A stretch of 64,000 bases of DNA, from contig OY282494.1 in assembly GCA_958296385.1 (NCBI GenBank), positions 539,925 through 603,924 on the forward strand. The letters run 5' to 3'. This DNA comes from an uncultured Dehalococcoidia bacterium (GTDB taxonomy: Bacteria > Chloroflexota > Dehalococcoidia > Lucifugimonadales > UBA3495). The translations under genes were made by a program, and so were the position numbers. The notes under the pieces were generated by a model. That model had not been told where the DNA came from. It did not search any database and was given only the letters and a program-made list of their open reading frames with translations. Shown here piece by piece: positions 58,769-64,000 of this stretch (positions are counted from its first letter, which is position 1; each line of letters starts with the position of its first letter).

Positions 58769-61700
58769 ATGATGGGCCGCCGCCGTCGCACCCGCATTGG
58801 CATCGGCGTTGGGCTGGGCGGGGTGGTGGCGCTTTTGCTGGTGCTGGCGGGCCTGGCCTGGTTTGGCGTTGCCGGGGACGCGTTGGCTCAAAGCACTATT
58901 GATTACGATAGCGATGACGATGGGCTGATTGACGTTACTACGCTGGCTCAGCTGGATGCTATCCGCCATGACCTGGACGGCAACGGAGACCCCGTTACTG
59001 CGGGTACTGCCGCATACAACACCGCTTTTCAGAACCGCATAACCACCGCCAGCGGACGGATGGGCTGCCCCACCTCCGGCGGCTGCACCGGCTACGAGCT
59101 GCTGGACGACCTGGACTTTAACACCGACGGCAGCAGTGATAACAGCGCCGATGCGCCTTACGTCAACTGGACGCCCATCGGCACTTACACGGCCGTCTTT
59201 GAGGGCCGGGGCCGTACCATCTCCAACCTGAGCAGCAGCTCGAGTGCCAGTAATGTACACCTTGGGCTGTTCGGGACAGTGGGCAGCGCCGGCGTTATCT
59301 CCGCCGTGGGGCTGATTAATCCCACTTTAAGCTACGGAACGAGCAGCGTCACCGCCAATCTGGGCGCACTGGTGGGCGAGAACCACGGTACAGTCATCGC
59401 CTCCTTTGTCAGTGGCGGTTCCGTTACCTCTGACAATCAAAACTCACGCAGCGGCGGACTGGTGGGGGAGAACAACGGCACGATACGCGCCTCTTGGTCC
59501 ACCGCCGCCGTCAGCAGCACCATCCGATATGGTACGCCGATGTCCGGCGGGCTGGTGGGCTTGAACGAGCGCGGCGGCGCCATCATCGCCAGCTACGCCG
59601 CCGGCAGCGTTGACAGCATCCTTGACGAGACCAACCGGATAGCAACGCACAACGCGCACTGTCTGGTCGGCCGGAGCACCGGCGGCAGCAGCATAACCAA
59701 CAGCTATTGGGACTCCAACGTGTGCACCTACCGCAGCACCCGCGGCGGCGGCGTGGGCTATCCCACCGTCGCATTTATAGCGCCCACCGGCTACACCGGC
59801 ATCTACTCGGCCTGGAATCTGAATCTGGACGGTGCAGTCGGCAACGACGACCCCTGGGACTTCGGCACGCCCTCCCAATATCCCATCTTGCGCTACGGCC
59901 GTGATGCAGCGGGCCTCCAGCAGCAGCGCGCCACCGCCGTAGCCGTCATTGACTACGATGCCAACAATAACAATCTGATTGACGTCCGGACGCTGGCCCA
60001 GCTGAACGCCATTCGCCACGACTTGAACGGCGATGGGGCCGGCGTGGCCGCCGGCACTGCCCGCGCCGAATACCTGGCCGCCTTCCCCGGCGGGCCCGAG
60101 GGGATGGGCTGCCCCGCTACCTGCACGGGCTACGAACTGCGGGCCGCCCTGGACTTTGACACCAGCGGCAACGACGACGTGGCCGACGCACCTTACGCCA
60201 GCTGGACGCCCATCGGCGACGCTACTACGGCGTACAGCGGCGCCTTTAACGGCAACGGCCATACCATCGCCAACTTGACTATCAACGACACCAGCACCAC
60301 GACGAGCGTTAATCGGGTGGGGCTGTTCGGCGCCGCCAGCGGGGCCATCTCCGGCGTGGGCCTGCCCGGCGCCAGCGTGAACTCGGCCCGTGGCCTCGAT
60401 CTGTATGCCGGCGCGCTGGTCGGCAACCTGCTCACCAACGGGTCGGTAACTTCGTCCTGGGCCGCGGGCAGTGTGACCTCCGGCTCCACTAGCAACCAGT
60501 TTAGAATCATCGGCGGCCTGGTGGGTAATGCCAGCGGCCCGGTGCGGGCCAGCTATGCCGGGGTGTCGGTAACCGCACACTCGACCGCCGATTCAGTTTC
60601 AAGCGGCGGCCTGGTGGGACGCATAAACGGGCATCCGGTAACGGCCACTTACGCCACCGGCGCCGTATCCGGCGGCTCGGGCAACAGCTCTAACGCCGGC
60701 GGCCTGGTTGGCGTTGCCACCGGAACCGCCGCCGTCATCACGGCGTCTTACTCAACAGGCCGGGTCACCGGCACGCGCGCCAGCGACACCGGGCTGGTCG
60801 GGGATTTTGACAGTGGCGCATCGGCCGTCAACAGCTATTGGGACGTCGCCACCAGCGGCGTTGACGACGACGCTGACACCACCGGGGCGGAGGGCAAGAC
60901 TACCAGCGAACTGAAAACGCCCACTGCCTACGGCACCAGCACCACCACCGACATCTACGCTGCCTGGAACGTGGACATTGACGGCGATACCAACGCCGAC
61001 GACCCCTGGCACTTCGGCGGCGCATCCGACTACCCCACCCTGCAATACGGGCGGGACGCGGCCGGCATCTATCTCATCTTTAACCCGGGCGCGGCCACCA
61101 AAGACTACGACGACAACAATAACAATCTGATTGACGTTAGGACGCTGGCCCAGCTGAACGCCCTGCGTTATGACCTGGACGGCAATGGAGCAGTGTCCGG
61201 CGGCAACGCCATCGCCTACGGGCAGGCGTTCCCCGGCCTGACGACGGGGATGGGCTGCCCCGCTACCTGCCGGGGCTACGAACTGCGGGAAAACCTGGAC
61301 TTTGACACCGACGGCAGCGGCACGGTGGACGGCGGCGACGCCTATCCCAGCTGGGCTCCCATCGGCAACATCGGCAACCTCGGCAACGATAATGATGGGC
61401 AGCCGTACAGCGGCGCCTTTGACGGCAACGGCCATACCATCGCCAACTTGACCATCAACGACACCAACCGCTCGACGATCGTTAAGCGGGTGGGGCTGTT
61501 CGGCACCGCCAGCGGGGCCATCTCCGGCGTGGGCCTGCCCGACGTCAGCGTGACCACGGCCCGTGTCCTTGCTCTGAATGCCGGCGCGCTGGCCGGCCGC
61601 GTGGCCAGCGGCGGGTCGGTAACTGCCAGCTGGGCCACGGGCAGCCTGACGGCCAGCGACCATCTCCCCAGGTATCAGAAATATATCGGCGGCCTGGTGG

Positions 61701-64000
61701 GTAATGCCAGCGGCCCGGTGCGGGCCAGCTATGCCGGGGTGGACGTAACCGCAAACTCGGCCGCTACTGGCGCCAATGCCGGCGGCCTGGTTGGAACCCT
61801 CCTCGGCCAGCCGTTAACGGCCAGTTACGCCACCGGCAACGTAACCGGCGCCACCGCCACCGGCGACAACCCTAACACCGGCGGCCTGGTCGGCGATGCC
61901 GACGGCAGCGGGGCCGTCATCACGGCTTCTTACTCAACGGGTAGGGTCACTGGCCGGCGCTCCAGCGAAACCGGGCTGGTCGGCATCATTCAGGGTGGCG
62001 CATCGGTCGTCAACAGCTATTGGGACACCGACACCAGCGGCATTGGCGACGACACCGACACCGACGCTCCGGAGGGCAAGACTACCAGCGATTTGCAGAC
62101 GCCCGTTGACTACACCGGCATTTACTCGGCCTGGGATGCGAACCTTGACGGCGTGGACGGGGGCGATGTCCCCTGGCACTTTGGCGGCGTCGACGAATAC
62201 CCGGCGCTGCAATACGGGGGGCTGGAACTTTACCGGCAGGGGCGCGCTTTCATTTTCAACCCCGACACGGTGTCCGTAACCGAGGGCGATGCCGCCGGTT
62301 CCACTTACACCGTTGCGCTGAGCAGCCGGCCCTCGGGCACGGTAACCGTAGCCATCGCCGACGCCGGCGACAAAGTAACCGCAACGCCGGCATCTCTAAC
62401 GTTCAACTCCGGCAACTGGAACACGGCGCAGACGGTAACGGTAAAAGCGGCGTCCGACGCCGACCTTGACGAGGACACCGACACCATAACGCACACGCCC
62501 ACCGGAACCGGCTACCGCGCCAGCAATGCGGCCAGCCTGTCCGTAACCATCCTGGACACCACCGCGCCGGGCTTTACCTTTGCCCCGACCAGCCTGTCTA
62601 TAGAGGAGGGCGCCACCAGCACTGAGTACACGGTGGTGCTGAATGACCAGCCCCCGGCTGAAACCACCATCGCCATTGCCACTGACATCGCCGGCGTCAC
62701 CGTCAATCCGACGACCTTAACTTTCGCCGCTGACGCTACCTACAGCACCCCCAAGCCGGTAACAATCGACACGGTGGCGGACAGCACCATGGACCACGCG
62801 GCGTCCGGGCTGCGGCACACGCCCACCATCCGGGGCGTGGCCAGCGGCGCCGCGCTGCTGCCGCTGCTGCTGTACGAGCCCGGCAACGCAACCACAACCC
62901 CAATTGAGTTCAGAGCGCCGCCGCCCGGCGGCTCCGGCACTTACACCGTTGGCTCCGGGGGGGGTGCGGTAACGTACACGATAAACAGCGAGGCTGGCGT
63001 CCCTGAGGGGATAACGGTCAAAACGAAGGCGGGACCGGGACAGGGCGCCAGCGTGGACACGACCATCACGTTCAGCGTGCCAGCCGACCCCGGCGCGCGC
63101 GCCGGCTACACTCTGGACGGGACTACGCTGGTGGACATCAGCGCAACGTCAGTGCCGCCGGGCGGCTTGGAAATCTGCCTGCCGCTACCCACGGCCGCCG
63201 GCACCGGCCCGCCAGTGCTGATGCACTACACGGGGGGCAGCTGGCGGACGGTGCCGAGTTCGGTGCGCAACGGCAAAGTCTGCGGCACGGTAAGCAGCCT
63301 CTCGCCGTTCATCGCCGGCCGCGCCGCCGCACCCACAACGCCAACAGTAACGCCGCCCGATGCAGTAGCGCCGCCCGATGAGGAGGATGACGACGACGAA
63401 CCGACCGGCGCCGGGAGCGGCGGCAGTTCCGGCGGCGGCGGCGGTGGTGGCAGCTTCGGAGCCGGCGGCACAACGCCCCAGCCGACGCCAACCCCGGCGC
63501 CCAAGTCCACGCCCACGCCAACGCCAACGCCGGCTACACCTACGCCGGCGCCAACCGCGATGCCGACGGCAGTACCGGCCACGCCGGCGCCTGTCCGGCC
63601 CACGCCAACGCCGGCGCCGGCGCCAACACCTAGGCCGACAGCGGCCCCAACGCTGGCGCCGGCCCCGCCGACGGCGATGCCGCCGACGCAACCGCCCCCG
63701 GTAGCGGCCATCGTTCCGCAGCCGGCGGTAATCGGAGAGATTACGTTCAGCAATCCCAACCCGCAACCGGGCAGTTCGCTGATGGTAGAGTTCCAGGTAA
63801 CCAACCCCGGAGCGGTAGCCACCGAGTACCAACTGGTGCTGGAAATCGCCGGCGAGGCAGTACAGCGCCAGACGGTTACGGTTGCGCCCGGCGAAACGCA
63901 GGATTTGCAGCTGCCCATAGTTGCCCCGGATGGCCAATCCGAGGTAACGGTTCGGGTGGATGAGCAGTCCAGGACGGCAACGCTGACGCCGGCCGTTTCC
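58769..64000 (+). CDS. Large secreted/surface repeat protein (>1740 aa, runs off window): three GLUG-like repeat modules, Ig/Calx-beta-like domains, Pro/Thr linker, CARDB-like domain
   Basis: GGAGGG RBS; MMGRRRR plus hydrophobic signal ending ALA-Q. Modules begin DYDxxxxxLIDVxTLAQLxAxRxDLxGxG at ~58901, 59951 and 61103, in the same frame as the start and the window end. Absent from the ORF track because no stop is reached. Confidence 0.9.
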   Translation, partial: MMGRRRRTRIGIGVGLGGVVALLLVLAGLAWFGVAGDALAQSTIDYDSDDDGLIDVTTLAQLDAIRHDLDGNGDPVTAGTAAYNTAFQNRITTASGRMGCPTSGGCTGYELLDDLDFNTDGSSDNSADAPYVNWTPIGTYTAVFEGRGRTISNLSSSSSASNVHLGLFGTVGSAGVISAVGLINPTLSYGTSSVTANLGALVGENHGTVIASFVSGGSVTSDNQNSRSGGLVGENNGTIRASWSTAAVSSTIRYGTPMSGGLVGLNERGGAIIASYAAGSVDSILDETNRIATHNAHCLVGRSTGGSSITNSYWDSNVCTYRSTRGGGVGYPTVAFIAPTGYTGIYSAWNLNLDGAVGNDDPWDFGTPSQYPILRYGRDAAGLQQQRATAVAVIDYDANNNNLIDVRTLAQLNAIRHDLNGDGAGVAAGTARAEYLAAFPGGPEGMGCPATCTGYELRAALDFDTSGNDDVADAPYASWTPIGDATTAYSGAFNGNGHTIANLTINDTSTTTSVNRVGLFGAASGAISGVGLPGASVNSARGLDLYAGALVGNLLTNGSVTSSWAAGSVTSGSTSNQFRIIGGLVGNASGPVRASYAGVSVTAHSTADSVSSGGLVGRINGHPVTATYATGAVSGGSGNSSNAGGLVGVATGTAAVITASYSTGRVTGTRASDTGLVGDFDSGASAVNSYWDVATSGVDDDADTTGAEGKTTSELKTPTAYGTSTTTDIYAAWNVDIDGDTNADDPWHFGGASDYPTLQYGRDAAGIYLIFNPGAATKDYDDNNNNLIDVRTLAQLNALRYDLDGNGAVSGGNAIAYGQAFPGLTTGMGCPATCRGYELRENLDFDTDGSGTVDGGDAYPSWAPIGNIGNLGNDNDGQPYSGAFDGNGHTIANLTINDTNRSTIVKRVGLFGTASGAISGVGLPDVSVTTARVLALNAGALAGRVASGGSVTASWATGSLTASDHLPRYQKYIGGLVGNASGPVRASYAGVDVTANSAATGANAGGLVGTLLGQPLTASYATGNVTGATATGDNPNTGGLVGDADGSGAVITASYSTGRVTGRRSSETGLVGIIQGGASVVNSYWDTDTSGIGDDTDTDAPEGKTTSDLQTPVDYTGIYSAWDANLDGVDGGDVPWHFGGVDEYPALQYGGLELYRQGRAFIFNPDTVSVTEGDAAGSTYTVALSSRPSGTVTVAIADAGDKVTATPASLTFNSGNWNTAQTVTVKAASDADLDEDTDTITHTPTGTGYRASNAASLSVTILDTTAPGFTFAPTSLSIEEGATSTEYTVVLNDQPPAETTIAIATDIAGVTVNPTTLTFAADATYSTPKPVTIDTVADSTMDHAASGLRHTPTIRGVASGAALLPLLLYEPGNATTTPIEFRAPPPGGSGTYTVGSGGGAVTYTINSEAGVPEGITVKTKAGPGQGASVDTTITFSVPADPGARAGYTLDGTTLVDISATSVPPGGLEICLPLPTAAGTGPPVLMHYTGGSWRTVPSSVRNGKVCGTVSSLSPFIAGRAAAPTTPTVTPPDAVAPPDEEDDDDEPTGAGSGGSSGGGGGGGSFGAGGTTPQPTPTPAPKSTPTPTPTPATPTPAPTAMPTAVPATPAPVRPTPTPAPAPTPRPTAAPTLAPAPPTAMPPTQPPPVAAIVPQPAVIGEITFSNPNPQPGSSLMVEFQVTNPGAVATEYQLVLEIAGEAVQRQTVTVAPGETQDLQLPIVAPDGQSEVTVRVDEQSRTATLTPAVS

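Noticed and set aside
58652-63937. Many minus-strand ORFs in the last 5 kb
   Set aside because: They are antisense shadows of the single large plus-strand gene.

Overview
High-GC bacterial chromosomal window. It is most likely from Chloroflexota (Dehalococcoidia/SAR202-like), inferred from the 11-subunit nuo operon, CCG-anchored Sdh, PAC2 protein and repeat-rich surface protein. The left and middle parts are housekeeping: partial prfB with its +1 frameshift, thrS, icd, mdh, sdhAB plus a CCG subunit, nadK, nuoABCDHIJKLMN, rdgB, moaAC and a tRNA-Met. The ORF track misses two tandem lipoprotein redoxins split by an in-frame UGA in a UxxC motif (selenoproteins). The right part holds a defence island: a type I-G CRISPR-Cas locus (9 repeats, decayed cas4-cas1) divergent from an HTH/metallopeptidase pair and a CBASS operon (CapV, CD-NTase, E2-E1 Cap2, no Cap3). 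A DUF1998 helicase between two MFS paralogues, a Uma2 nuclease and a giant repeat surface protein follow. Two observations stand out. (1) A ~400-nt intergenic element occurs three times; each copy has its own sigma70 promoter, a covarying long-range stem, a pseudoknot and 3' repeats complementary to its 5' end, so it is a candidate undescribed multicopy structured RNA. (2) An in-frame amber codon separates the CD-NTase from a 32-aa tail ending in Arg-Phe-Gly. All calls are by eye; no database searches were run.
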